From contig CAYYVQ010000002.1 of the NCBI GenBank assembly GCA_964475205.1, positions 9,965-73,964 of the forward strand: a stretch of 64,000 nucleotides of DNA, given 5' to 3'. This DNA comes from an uncultured Victivallales bacterium. Lineage in GTDB: Bacteria; Verrucomicrobiota; Kiritimatiellia; UBA8416; CAYSRM01. Positions 56,761 to 64,000 of the stretch are shown here, piece after piece. Within the stretch, counting starts at the first letter, position 1. The number at the start of each line of letters is the position of its first letter. The notes under the pieces were generated by a model, which did no database searches, was not told the origin of the DNA, and saw nothing but the letters and a program-made list of their open reading frames with translations. Position numbers and translations under genes: made by a program.

Positions 56761-57246
56761 CTAGCTTTTGCGAATAGCGTCAATTTCCTCTTTGGATCGA
56801 AGACTCTGCAAAGCTTTTATAGTTGCCTTGACCACATTAAGCTTGTTGTTGCTGCCAAGGGACTTTGCAAGAATGTCCCTGACTCCCGAAACCTCCAGGA
56901 CTGCCCTGGCGGCGCCGCCGGCAATCACACCGGTACCCGAAGCAGCAGGACGCAGCAAAACCTTGCCACCATCACAAACTCCTGTAACAGCATGCGGAAT
57001 CGTCCGGCCTCTGAGCGTAACCGGAAACATCGACTTCCTGGCAATCTCGCTGCCTTTTCTAATTGCGTCAACTACCTCGTTGGCTTTGCCAAGTCCGAAT
57101 CCCATCGAACCTGCCTTATCTCCAACAACAACCACAGCGCTGAAGCTGAAGCGCCGCCCGCCCTTGACAACCTTCGAACACCGGTTGATAAAAACTACGC
57201 GTTCTTCCAGTTCCTGGACTTCGTCTGTATAGGGTTCGGACCTCAC
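56761..57246 (-). CDS. rpsE: 30S ribosomal protein S5
   Basis: [30 protein letters not shown] is present. Confidence 0.95.
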   Translation of the reverse strand: MRSEPYTDEVQELEERVVFINRCSKVVKGGRRFSFSAVVVVGDKAGSMGFGLGKANEVVDAIRKGSEIARKSMFPVTLRGRTIPHAVTGVCDGGKVLLRPAASGTGVIAGGAARAVLEVSGVRDILAKSLGSNNKLNVVKATIKALQSLRSKEEIDAIRKS

Positions 57247-57659
57247 TGCTCCTCCTTATCGTTGCCGCCTTCTACCGCAGCGGGCGTCTCGCTTTTCCCG
57301 GCCTTAAGTCCGTTCTCAAGCGCGCCACGTACTATTTCCTTTACTCTTCCGTGAAACTTCCTTCCGGCCCGGTCGATCACTACTTCTTCTAAGCCGCAGG
57401 CCTTAGCCTTTTCAGCCCCGGCCTTCCCAAGCTCATAGGCTGCAGACATATTCAATCTGCCATTCGTCTTGCCCACTGTCCCGACACCGGCCACTGTTAT
57501 CCCCTTATCATCATCAATGAATTGAACTTCACCGTTCCTGTTGCTGATATTTATGTTCATACGCGGGCGATCACCGGTCCCGAAAACTCTCCGCCTGACC
57601 CTCTCATGCCTTATTCTTCGTCTCTGTTTCCGACTGGTTGCTTTCATTACTCTTCCCAA
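57243..57659 (-). CDS. rplR: 50S ribosomal protein L18
   Basis: [16 protein letters not shown]...[15 protein letters not shown] is present. The start may be the Met of MKATSRK. Confidence 0.9.
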   Translation of the reverse strand: MGRVMKATSRKQRRRIRHERVRRRVFGTGDRPRMNINISNRNGEVQFIDDDKGITVAGVGTVGKTNGRLNMSAAYELGKAGAEKAKACGLEEVVIDRAGRKFHGRVKEIVRGALENGLKAGKSETPAAVEGGNDKEEQ

Positions 57660-57724
57660 TTCACAGACTTGTTAAGCCGTTTACAAATTCAAATGCCGAT
57701 TGCCGGTGCAGCCGGTAGCCATCA

Positions 57725-58261
57725 TCATGCCACCGTCTTTCCGACCTTTCGACGTATTATCTCGTCCTTGTATCTCAGACCCTTGCCCTTGTAAGGTTCA
57801 GCCGGACAAAATCCCCTGATCGTCGCCGCAACATCGCCGACTTTCTGCTTGTCTGTCCCGCTGACAGTGATTTCAACATTGTTGTTGACCTCGATCTTTA
57901 CACCCTCAGGCGCCGTGTACTCTTTAGGCGAAGAAAAACCGGCGTTAAGCTTGAGCTTCTGCCCCTGCACTTCTGCGCGGAAGCCTACGCCCTCCAGGAC
58001 CAACTCCTTGCGAAAACCCCTGCTGACCCCTTCAATCATATTCACAATCAGACTCCGGACAAGTCCAAGCATTCGTTTGCTGTCCTTTGACTCATCAGGA
58101 GCTTTTACCATAAGCTGATCGTCGTCTATCTCGCATGAAAGATTGCCCGAAAGCGGAAGATGCAGTTCACCCATGGAACCCTTTACCCGAACGCCGGATT
58201 CGTCCGGCTCCACAGTAACACCTTTTGGAATAGTTACCGGCTTTTTCCCTAGTCTCGACAT
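57725..58261 (-). CDS. rplF: 50S ribosomal protein L6
   Basis: MSRLGKKPVTIPKGVTV is present with a two-domain L6 fold. Confidence 0.95.
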   Translation of the reverse strand: MSRLGKKPVTIPKGVTVEPDESGVRVKGSMGELHLPLSGNLSCEIDDDQLMVKAPDESKDSKRMLGLVRSLIVNMIEGVSRGFRKELVLEGVGFRAEVQGQKLKLNAGFSSPKEYTAPEGVKIEVNNNVEITVSGTDKQKVGDVAATIRGFCPAEPYKGKGLRYKDEIIRRKVGKTVA

Positions 58262-58275
58262 TTACAATACCCTTC

Positions 58276-58671
58276 CTACCACATTGAACACAGTATTTCG
58301 CCCCCTACGCCCGAAGCCTTTGCTTCCCTGCAGGTCATCACCCCTGACGAAGTGCTTATCACGGCAACCCCCATCCCGCCAAGGACCCTGGGCAAATCAT
58401 CGGAACTCGCGTAACTGCGAAGCCCCGGCTTGCTTTCCCTTTTTATCTCTGATAAAGCAGGTTCGCCCTTCTCGGTATACTTCAGATACGCTCTAATAAG
58501 TCTCTTTGCTCCGCTTTCCACCGCGTAGTCCTTAATGAAACCTTCCTTCTTCATTACCCGCACAATTTCAGCCTTGAGCTTTGAATGCGGTATCTCGACC
58601 ACCTCATGCCCGGCCCCGTACGCATTACGAATTCTTGTCAACAAATCGGCAACTGGATCAGCTAAAGTCAT
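58276..58671 (-). CDS. rpsH: 30S ribosomal protein S8
   Basis: [13 protein letters not shown] is present. Confidence 0.95.
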   Translation of the reverse strand: MTLADPVADLLTRIRNAYGAGHEVVEIPHSKLKAEIVRVMKKEGFIKDYAVESGAKRLIRAYLKYTEKGEPALSEIKRESKPGLRSYASSDDLPRVLGGMGVAVISTSSGVMTCREAKASGVGGEILCSMW

Positions 58672-58680
58672 ATTATCTCC

Positions 58681-58869
58681 CTACCAACTGGACCTGGTAA
58701 CACCCGGGATCTCACCGTTAGACGCCAACTCACGGAAACATATGCGGCACAACCTGAACCTCCGCATATATGCCCGAGCACGACCGCATTTTTCACACCG
58801 GTTGTAATTCCTCACACGAAACTGCGAGCCTCTTTTAGTTTTTTCTACAAGCGACTTCTTAGCCAACAT
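58681..58869 (-). CDS. rpsN: 30S ribosomal protein S14 type Z (zinc-binding short form)
   Basis: This 62-aa protein has CEKCGR...CRIC. Confidence 0.95.
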   Translation of the reverse strand: MLAKKSLVEKTKRGSQFRVRNYNRCEKCGRARAYMRRFRLCRICFRELASNGEIPGVTRSSW

Positions 58870-58877
58870 TTACCTCC

Positions 58878-59417
58878 TCAGTTCTTGGAAAACGGCATCC
58901 CGAGCATTGTCAACAACTCACGCGCAGAATCGTCATCAGAAGCCGAGGTCACAACGGTGATATCCATCCCCTGAGTGACCTTGACATCATTGGGGTCTAT
59001 CTCCGGAAAAATCGACTGGTCATTGAGCCCCAGCGTATAATTTCCTCTTCCGTCAAACCCCCCGGCAGATACGCCCCTGAAATCCCTGATTCGCGGAAGC
59101 CCCGCGCCTATAAGCCTCTCAAGAAATTCGTACATCCTTCCCCTGCGCAACGTCACCTTGGCTCCCACCGGCATTCCCTCTCTGACCTTGAAATTGGAGA
59201 TGCTCTTACGAGCGCGCGTGACTACCGGTTTCTGACCACTCAACCTGGCCAGGTCCCCAACGACTTCCTGGATCTGATCTTTGTCTATGGCATTGCCAAA
59301 CCCGAGATTAATAACTACCTTCTCAACTCGAGGAACCTGCCAGAAGTTCCTGCACGAAAGCTCTTCTTTCAACCTGGGAGCTATTTCCTTGATGTATCTT
59401 TCTTTCAAATCCGACAT
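58878..59417 (-). CDS. rplE: 50S ribosomal protein L5
   Basis: VVINLGFGNA...GMPVGAKVTLRRGRMYEFLERL is present. Confidence 0.95.
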   Translation of the reverse strand: MSDLKERYIKEIAPRLKEELSCRNFWQVPRVEKVVINLGFGNAIDKDQIQEVVGDLARLSGQKPVVTRARKSISNFKVREGMPVGAKVTLRRGRMYEFLERLIGAGLPRIRDFRGVSAGGFDGRGNYTLGLNDQSIFPEIDPNDVKVTQGMDITVVTSASDDDSARELLTMLGMPFSKN

Positions 59418-59425
59418 CGCCCCAC

Positions 59426-59746
59426 CTATTTGTCAAATGAATGGCCGCACTTTACGCATTTTCTCTGCGCGCCATCCTCTGTTCTTTCTTTTTTCACCCT
59501 GACGCCCTTTTTGCAATCCGGACAATATATCTGCAGATTCGAGATATGAACCGGAGCTTCCTTCTGAGTAATCCCTCCCTTCGGAGAATCCTCTGTTTTC
59601 CTCAGCGTCTTTTTTACCAGCCTGACACCTTCGACGAGCGCCCGGTCCTTGTCAGGCGTCACTTCGAGAACACGGGCGGTCTTGCCGCGGTCTACGCCTG
59701 CAATGACCGTCACGTTATCATTTTTCTTTATTGTCGCTCTGCTCAT
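59426..59746 (-). CDS. rplX: 50S ribosomal protein L24
   Basis: The KOW motif IKKNDNVTVIAGVDRGKTARVL is present. Confidence 0.9.
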   Translation of the reverse strand: MSRATIKKNDNVTVIAGVDRGKTARVLEVTPDKDRALVEGVRLVKKTLRKTEDSPKGGITQKEAPVHISNLQIYCPDCKKGVRVKKERTEDGAQRKCVKCGHSFDK

Positions 59747-59768
59747 TCCAAGTTTGTCCTTCTATCCT

Positions 59769-60134
59769 CTACAAGACCTCCGGGGCAAGAGAAATTACCT
59801 TCATGAATTTCCTGTCCCGCAGTTCTCTGGCAACCGGTCCGAAAATTCTCGAACCAATCGGATTCAATGTATCATCAACCAATACCGCCGCATTCTCGCC
59901 AAATTTTACATAGGAGCCATCCGGCCTGCCTACTCTTGCCTTCGTTCTGACAATAAGCGCCTTGCACACTTCGCCTTTTTTTACAACTCCGCCAGGCTGC
60001 GCCTCTTTTACCGAAACCTGGACAATATCCCCCAACCTTGCATACCTTTTTCTCTGCCCCAGAACACGGAAACATCGCACCCGTTTCGCGCCGGTATTAT
60101 CTGCAACAACCATATCAGTTTCTTCGGATATCAT
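59769..60134 (-). CDS. rplN: 50S ribosomal protein L14
   Basis: [26 protein letters not shown] is present. Confidence 0.95.
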   Translation of the reverse strand: MISEETDMVVADNTGAKRVRCFRVLGQRKRYARLGDIVQVSVKEAQPGGVVKKGEVCKALIVRTKARVGRPDGSYVKFGENAAVLVDDTLNPIGSRIFGPVARELRDRKFMKVISLAPEVL

Positions 60135-60154
60135 CTTCTTATTCCCTCAGCCGC

Positions 60155-60457
60155 TCAAGACTTTGATATTATTTCGGCAACGCGCCAACGCTTTGTCCGG
60201 CTCAATGGCCGGGTCTCCACAATCCTGACCTGGTCTCCCTCCGAACACTCATTGTTTTCGTCGTGGACGTGGTACCTCTTGCGCCGCGTAATTGTTTTGC
60301 CGTACAGCGGATGCTGCGTGCGGCGCTGAACGAGCACCACAACAGTCTTATCGCCGCTTTTTCCAACTACCTCCCCGTCCCTGTCTTTCCTGACAGCTTC
60401 GGTACGTTTATCCGCCTCTTTTTCAGCCATCATACAAACACCGTCTCTTCCAAGCAT
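60155..60457 (-). CDS. rpsQ: 30S ribosomal protein S17
   Basis: [25 protein letters not shown] is present. Confidence 0.9.
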   Translation of the reverse strand: MLGRDGVCMMAEKEADKRTEAVRKDRDGEVVGKSGDKTVVVLVQRRTQHPLYGKTITRRKRYHVHDENNECSEGDQVRIVETRPLSRTKRWRVAEIISKS

Positions 60458-60465
60458 TGCTATTG

Positions 60466-60672
60466 TTACTGCGGCTCCATGCCGCTTTTGCGATCCCTTA
60501 AAACTGTCTTAACCCGGGCAATGTCCTTCCTGATCTGCCGTATCTTCAACGGCTGAATGGAAGTGTCTCCCATCTTGTTCTTAAGCCGGAGATCAAACAA
60601 CTCGTTTCCAAGTTGCTCCAAAACCCCAAAAAGCTCCTCGTCGCTCTGTTCTCTCAATGTTTCTGCTTTCAT
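60466..60672 (-). CDS. rpmC: 50S ribosomal protein L29
   Basis: This 68-aa protein has [24 protein letters not shown]. Confidence 0.9.
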   Translation of the reverse strand: MKAETLREQSDEELFGVLEQLGNELFDLRLKNKMGDTSIQPLKIRQIRKDIARVKTVLRDRKSGMEPQ

Positions 60673-60693
60673 CCGCTCCAGTCCCTTTTCCCG

Positions 60694-61104
60694 TCAATGC
60701 CTTTCGATGTACTTTGTATCTATCCCGAGTTTAGCCGAAGCCAGCCTTAAAGCCTGCCTCGCAATAGGTTCAGTCACACCGCCAAGCTCAAAGAGAACCA
60801 TGCCCGGCTTCACTACGGCAACCCAGTGCTCAGGGTTTCCCTTCCCTTTACCCTGCCGCGTTTCAATCGGCTTCTTGGAAATCGGCTTGTCAGGAAAAAT
60901 TCTTATCCACACCCGGCCTTTTCTTTTCATATGCCGGCCCATCGCGACCCTGCATGCCTCAATCTGCTCGCTCTTGATCCAGCCCCGGCCAAGAGCTTTG
61001 AGCCCGTATTCACCAAAAGCAAGACTTGTTCCGGATACAGCTTTGCCGCGTCTGCTTCCTCTCTGCACCTTGCGGTGCTTCACTCTTTTAGGCATCAAAG
61101 GCAT
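60694..61104 (-). CDS. rplP: 50S ribosomal protein L16
   Basis: [19 protein letters not shown]...[19 protein letters not shown] is present. Confidence 0.95.
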   Translation of the reverse strand: MPLMPKRVKHRKVQRGSRRGKAVSGTSLAFGEYGLKALGRGWIKSEQIEACRVAMGRHMKRKGRVWIRIFPDKPISKKPIETRQGKGKGNPEHWVAVVKPGMVLFELGGVTEPIARQALRLASAKLGIDTKYIERH

Positions 61105-61144
61105 TGTTTTTCAGTCCCCTCTTATATTTTTGGCTATGCCAGGC

Positions 61145-61780
61145 TTATGCCTGCGCCTCTTCCTTTTCCTTGCATATCCATACCTTAATTCCGATTCTTC
61201 CAGCCGTTGTCGCGGCTTCAGCGAACCCGTAATCTATGTTGGCCCTCAAGGTATGCAACGGTATTTTCCCTTCTTTGTACCACTCAACCCTGGCCAGTTC
61301 CGATCCGCCAAGACGCCCGCCTGCGCGGATCTTGATGCCGTTTGCGCCAAGGTCCATGGCAAGCTTGATGGCCCGTTTCATTGCCCTCCTGAAGGACACT
61401 CTGCGCGAAAGCTGCAATGCTATGCTTTCAGCTACCAGCTGAGAGTCAAGGTCCGGAGATTTAACCTCCTTGATCTCGATGTAAACCTCCTTGGCCGTTA
61501 TTTTGGAAAGCTCCTCACGAACACGTTCGATATCCTGACCTTTCCTTCCAATAACCATTCCCGGCCTTGCGGTGAAAATCGTCACACGCATCCGGTTGGC
61601 ATAACGTTCAATGGTAACTTTTGATACCGCGGCATGTTCCAGACGCTTCTTCACCAGGTCCTTGACTTTCTGGTCTTCCACCAGGCATGTTCCAAACCCT
61701 TTCTTCCGACTGAACCACCGTGAACGCCAGTTCTTGTCCACCGCGACCCGCATTCCAATTGGATTAACTTTCTGTCCCAA
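61145..61780 (-). CDS. rpsC: 30S ribosomal protein S3
   Basis: MGQKVNPIGMRVAVDKNWRSRWF and a KH domain are present. Confidence 0.95.
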   Translation of the reverse strand: MGQKVNPIGMRVAVDKNWRSRWFSRKKGFGTCLVEDQKVKDLVKKRLEHAAVSKVTIERYANRMRVTIFTARPGMVIGRKGQDIERVREELSKITAKEVYIEIKEVKSPDLDSQLVAESIALQLSRRVSFRRAMKRAIKLAMDLGANGIKIRAGGRLGGSELARVEWYKEGKIPLHTLRANIDYGFAEAATTAGRIGIKVWICKEKEEAQA

Positions 61781-61782
61781 AA

Positions 61783-62172
61783 TTACTTCTCCCCGGCGCT
61801 TTGTGCCGTTTTGGAAGGCTCGCCCAAGGCTTCCGGCTTCTTGTCATCATCCAGAATAACCGTAATATGGCTTGTCCTTCTGCGTATTACACTCACCATT
61901 CCCCTGGCCCTGGGCCAGTACCTTGTAAAAAAAGGTCCCGCATCAACTATCACATTCTTCACCCTGAGGCTCGAAAGCGATAGCTGCGCATTATTCTCTG
62001 CGTTGGCAATCGCAGACCTCAATGTCTTGCCGATCAATTTAGCGGCCTTCCTTTTGTTAAAGTCTGTCAGCTTTAACGCGTCCGAAACCGAACAACCCTT
62101 CAGTTTTCTGGACAGATCCCGAGCCTTGCTCGGCGACATCCTTACATGCCTGGATTTTGCTGTTACTTCCAT
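61783..62172 (-). CDS. rplV: 50S ribosomal protein L22
   Basis: AKSRHVRMSPSKARDLSRKLKG is present. Confidence 0.95.
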   Translation of the reverse strand: MEVTAKSRHVRMSPSKARDLSRKLKGCSVSDALKLTDFNKRKAAKLIGKTLRSAIANAENNAQLSLSSLRVKNVIVDAGPFFTRYWPRARGMVSVIRRRTSHITVILDDDKKPEALGEPSKTAQSAGEK

Positions 62173-62184
62173 AATTCCCCAATA

Positions 62185-62469
62185 CTACTTAAGCGACACA
62201 GTCTTATCCGTATGCGTACCGTGTTTACGAAATGTGCGCGTCGGGGCAAATTCGCCAAGGCGGTGCCCCACCATATTCTCCGTTACAAAAATCGAAATAT
62301 GCTGTCTTCCGTTATGAATCGCAAAGGTGTGCCCGACAAATTCCGGCGCTATCATCGACCGCCGGGACCACGTCTTAATGGGACGTTTTGCTCCCGACCG
62401 CTCCATCTTCTCAACCTTCTTCAACAATTTTTCGTCAACAAAAGGTCCTTTCTTTATTGAGCGCGCCAT
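62185..62469 (-). CDS. rpsS: 30S ribosomal protein S19
   Basis: [12 protein letters not shown]...[13 protein letters not shown] is present. Confidence 0.95.
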   Translation of the reverse strand: MARSIKKGPFVDEKLLKKVEKMERSGAKRPIKTWSRRSMIAPEFVGHTFAIHNGRQHISIFVTENMVGHRLGEFAPTRTFRKHGTHTDKTVSLK

Positions 62470-62471
62470 AT

Positions 62472-63296
62472 CTACTTTCTCCTCTTAACAATAAACTTGT
62501 TCGACGTCTTGCTTCTCTTCCGGGTCTTCCCGCTCTTGGCCAGCTTGCCCCAGGGCGATACAGGATGTCCTCCGCCTGAGCTCCGCCCTTCGCCGCCGCC
62601 CATCGGATGGTCCACCGGATTCATCACTACCCCCCTGACAGTGGGCCTGACTCCCCTCCATCTCTTCCTGCCTGCCTTGCCGTCGCTTAATGTGCCGTGC
62701 TCGGGATTGCCAACCCGTCCGATGGTTGCAAAACACTTTGTGTTTATAAGCCTAACCTCGCCGGAAGGCAACTTGAGATTTGCAAAATTTCCTTCCCGGG
62801 ACATAAGTTGCGCAGATCCCCCTGCCCCGCGAGCCAGCTTTCCGCCCTTGCCGGGCACAAGCTCAATATTATGCACAAACGTTCCCATCGGAATATTCGC
62901 CAGCGCAAGGGCATTGCCACGCCTGGGTTCAGCTTTCTCGCCTGACATTACTTCCTCGCCAACTTTTATTCCCAGGGGAGCAAGTATATACCGCTTCTCT
63001 CCATCAGCATACTGTAGCAGGGCAATATTTGCGGACCGCCCCGGATCATATTCAATGGAAGCAACTTTTGCCGGTATGTCAGCCTTGTCTCTCCTGAAAT
63101 CTATAATCCTGTACTTTTTCTTGTGCCCGCCGCCCCGATGCCTCGTGCTGATCCGGCCGGATGAACTCCTGCCTGCATGATTTCCAGAGCTCTCCACAAG
63201 CGACCTTTCCGGTTCAGTCCGCGTTATCTCGGTAAACTCGGACACCGTCGCAAATCTACGCCCTGGGCTTGTCGGTTTGTATTTCTTTATAGCCAT
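62472..63296 (-). CDS. rplB: 50S ribosomal protein L2
   Basis: [15 protein letters not shown]...[15 protein letters not shown]...[18 protein letters not shown] is present. The start is taken at MAIKKY. The ORF-track 5' extension would overlap rplW. Confidence 0.95.
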   Translation of the reverse strand: MAIKKYKPTSPGRRFATVSEFTEITRTEPERSLVESSGNHAGRSSSGRISTRHRGGGHKKKYRIIDFRRDKADIPAKVASIEYDPGRSANIALLQYADGEKRYILAPLGIKVGEEVMSGEKAEPRRGNALALANIPMGTFVHNIELVPGKGGKLARGAGGSAQLMSREGNFANLKLPSGEVRLINTKCFATIGRVGNPEHGTLSDGKAGRKRWRGVRPTVRGVVMNPVDHPMGGGEGRSSGGGHPVSPWGKLAKSGKTRKRSKTSNKFIVKRRK

Positions 63297-63304
63297 AATT
63301 TCAC

Positions 63305-63589
63305 CTACGTTAAATCTATTGTGTCGCCTTCCTTGAGGGTTACAATTGCGCGCTTCCAATCGGATCTCTTTCCATACTTGGCCGTTCGCTCCCTCTTCCT
63401 CTTGCCGCTGTAATTGCACGTGTTGACCGACAGAACAGACACTCCAAACTGCCGCTCAATAGCACTGCGAATCTCAACCTTGTTCGCCTGCGGCGCCACC
63501 CTCAGCATATACTTGTTGCCGTGCTCAGCGAGTACCGCGCCTTTTTCGGTTACCTGCAAACTCAATATCACAGAGAGCGGATCCTTCAT
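63305..63589 (-). CDS. rplW: 50S ribosomal protein L23
   Basis: The 94-aa L23 fold [25 protein letters not shown] is present. Confidence 0.9.
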   Translation of the reverse strand: MKDPLSVILSLQVTEKGAVLAEHGNKYMLRVAPQANKVEIRSAIERQFGVSVLSVNTCNYSGKRKRERTAKYGKRSDWKRAIVTLKEGDTIDLT

Positions 63590-64000
63590 TTCTTCTCCCC
63601 CTCGGCTCCTGTTTCGCCGCCAGCCCGTCTTTTCAGAATATCCATTGCTTCCTGCGTGGCAATCAGCAAAGGACTTTCAATAATATCAAAAGTGCTGACA
63701 TCATCGGCACTTGCCAGGCGCACTCCGCGCAGGTTGCCTACGGCCTTCTTTAATCCATGATTCCCGCCGGTTGCCACAATTAAAGCCTTCTCGCCTACCT
63801 GGAGGGTTTTTAGCAGACCGGTGATGTTTCGCGTTTTCATTTCCAGTCCGCTGAGCTTGTCAATAATTTTGACCCGGTCTGAAGATATCCTTTCGCTCAA
63901 TATCCGCCTGAAAGCAAGAGCCGCAACCTTCTTGTTGACCTTCAGCTTCCGGATTCCAGGCTTCGGGCCGAACGCAACCGCGCCGCCGCGCCACAGCGGA
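63586..64000 (-). CDS. rplD: 50S ribosomal protein L4 (5' end beyond window)
   Basis: The frame is open to the window end. The upstream translation ...PLWRGGAVAFGPKPGIRKLKVNKKVAALAFRRI continues into MSERISSDRVKII... and matches the L4 core. The ORF-track Met at 63900 is internal. Confidence 0.85.
   Translation of the reverse strand, partial: PLWRGGAVAFGPKPGIRKLKVNKKVAALAFRRILSERISSDRVKIIDKLSGLEMKTRNITGLLKTLQVGEKALIVATGGNHGLKKAVGNLRGVRLASADDVSTFDIIESPLLIATQEAMDILKRRAGGETGAEGEKK

Noticed and set aside
63297-63419. 41-codon N-terminal extension of rplB ([14 protein letters not shown]...)
   Set aside because: Canonical L2 begins at [14 protein letters not shown], and the extension would overlap rplW.

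Overview
This 64 kb window is a bacterial chromosomal segment. Most annotated genes are on the minus strand. Several gene families suggest a PVC-superphylum organism (Verrucomicrobia, Lentisphaerae or Kiritimatiellae type): DUF1559 prepilin-like proteins, many GspG-type pseudopilins and giant LTD-containing surface proteins.

The window has three parts:

1. **1-21 kb, housekeeping core with small accessory insertions.**
   - Accessory or unusual genes: a truncated XRE regulator, a vapBC toxin-antitoxin pair, an HPF-cold-shock-domain fusion, an MGMT-like domain, mscS, an M48-TPR protease and a KamA-like radical-SAM enzyme.
   - tRNA-Met and tRNA-Arg genes.
   - Core genes: trmB, a GT2 glycosyltransferase, a secreted SNase-like nuclease, a deaminase, uvrB, nadA, PNP, cca, clpX-clpP-tig, rho, coaE and a 5'-3' exonuclease.

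2. **22-49.7 kb, a dense surface-appendage / secretion region.**
   - A pilM(N)-pilO-like-X-secretin (pilQ/gspD) operon, preceded by a DUF1559 prepilin-like gene and a secreted hypothetical gene.
   - Two secreted repeat proteins of 648 aa and 2756 aa that share a C-terminal module carrying a D-x-D-G-D-G...GTDP motif. The same motif occurs in the protein at the PilP position of the pilus operon.
   - A convergent gspF - GspG-like x3 - gspG - gspH - gspI - gspJ - GspG-like - giant gspK-like pseudopilus operon. No gspE, gspC, gspL or gspM is present in the window.
   - The 17 kb block holding the giant proteins and pseudopilins is bracketed by two near-identical 194 bp MITE-like elements with 18 bp terminal inverted repeats.
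   - At least three other IR-flanked small-element families occur in intergenic regions.

3. **50-64 kb, the conserved S10-spc-alpha ribosomal protein operon.** It runs rplD(partial)-rplW-rplB-rpsS-rplV-rpsC-rplP-rpmC-rpsQ-rplN-rplX-rplE-rpsN(type Z)-rpsH-rplF-rplR-rpsE-rplO-secY-adk-map-rpmJ-rpsM-rpsK-rpsD-rpoA-rplQ. rpmD and infA are not in this stretch.

No CRISPR array or rRNA gene was seen. All functional calls rest on recognisable motifs in the supplied translations. No database search was possible.
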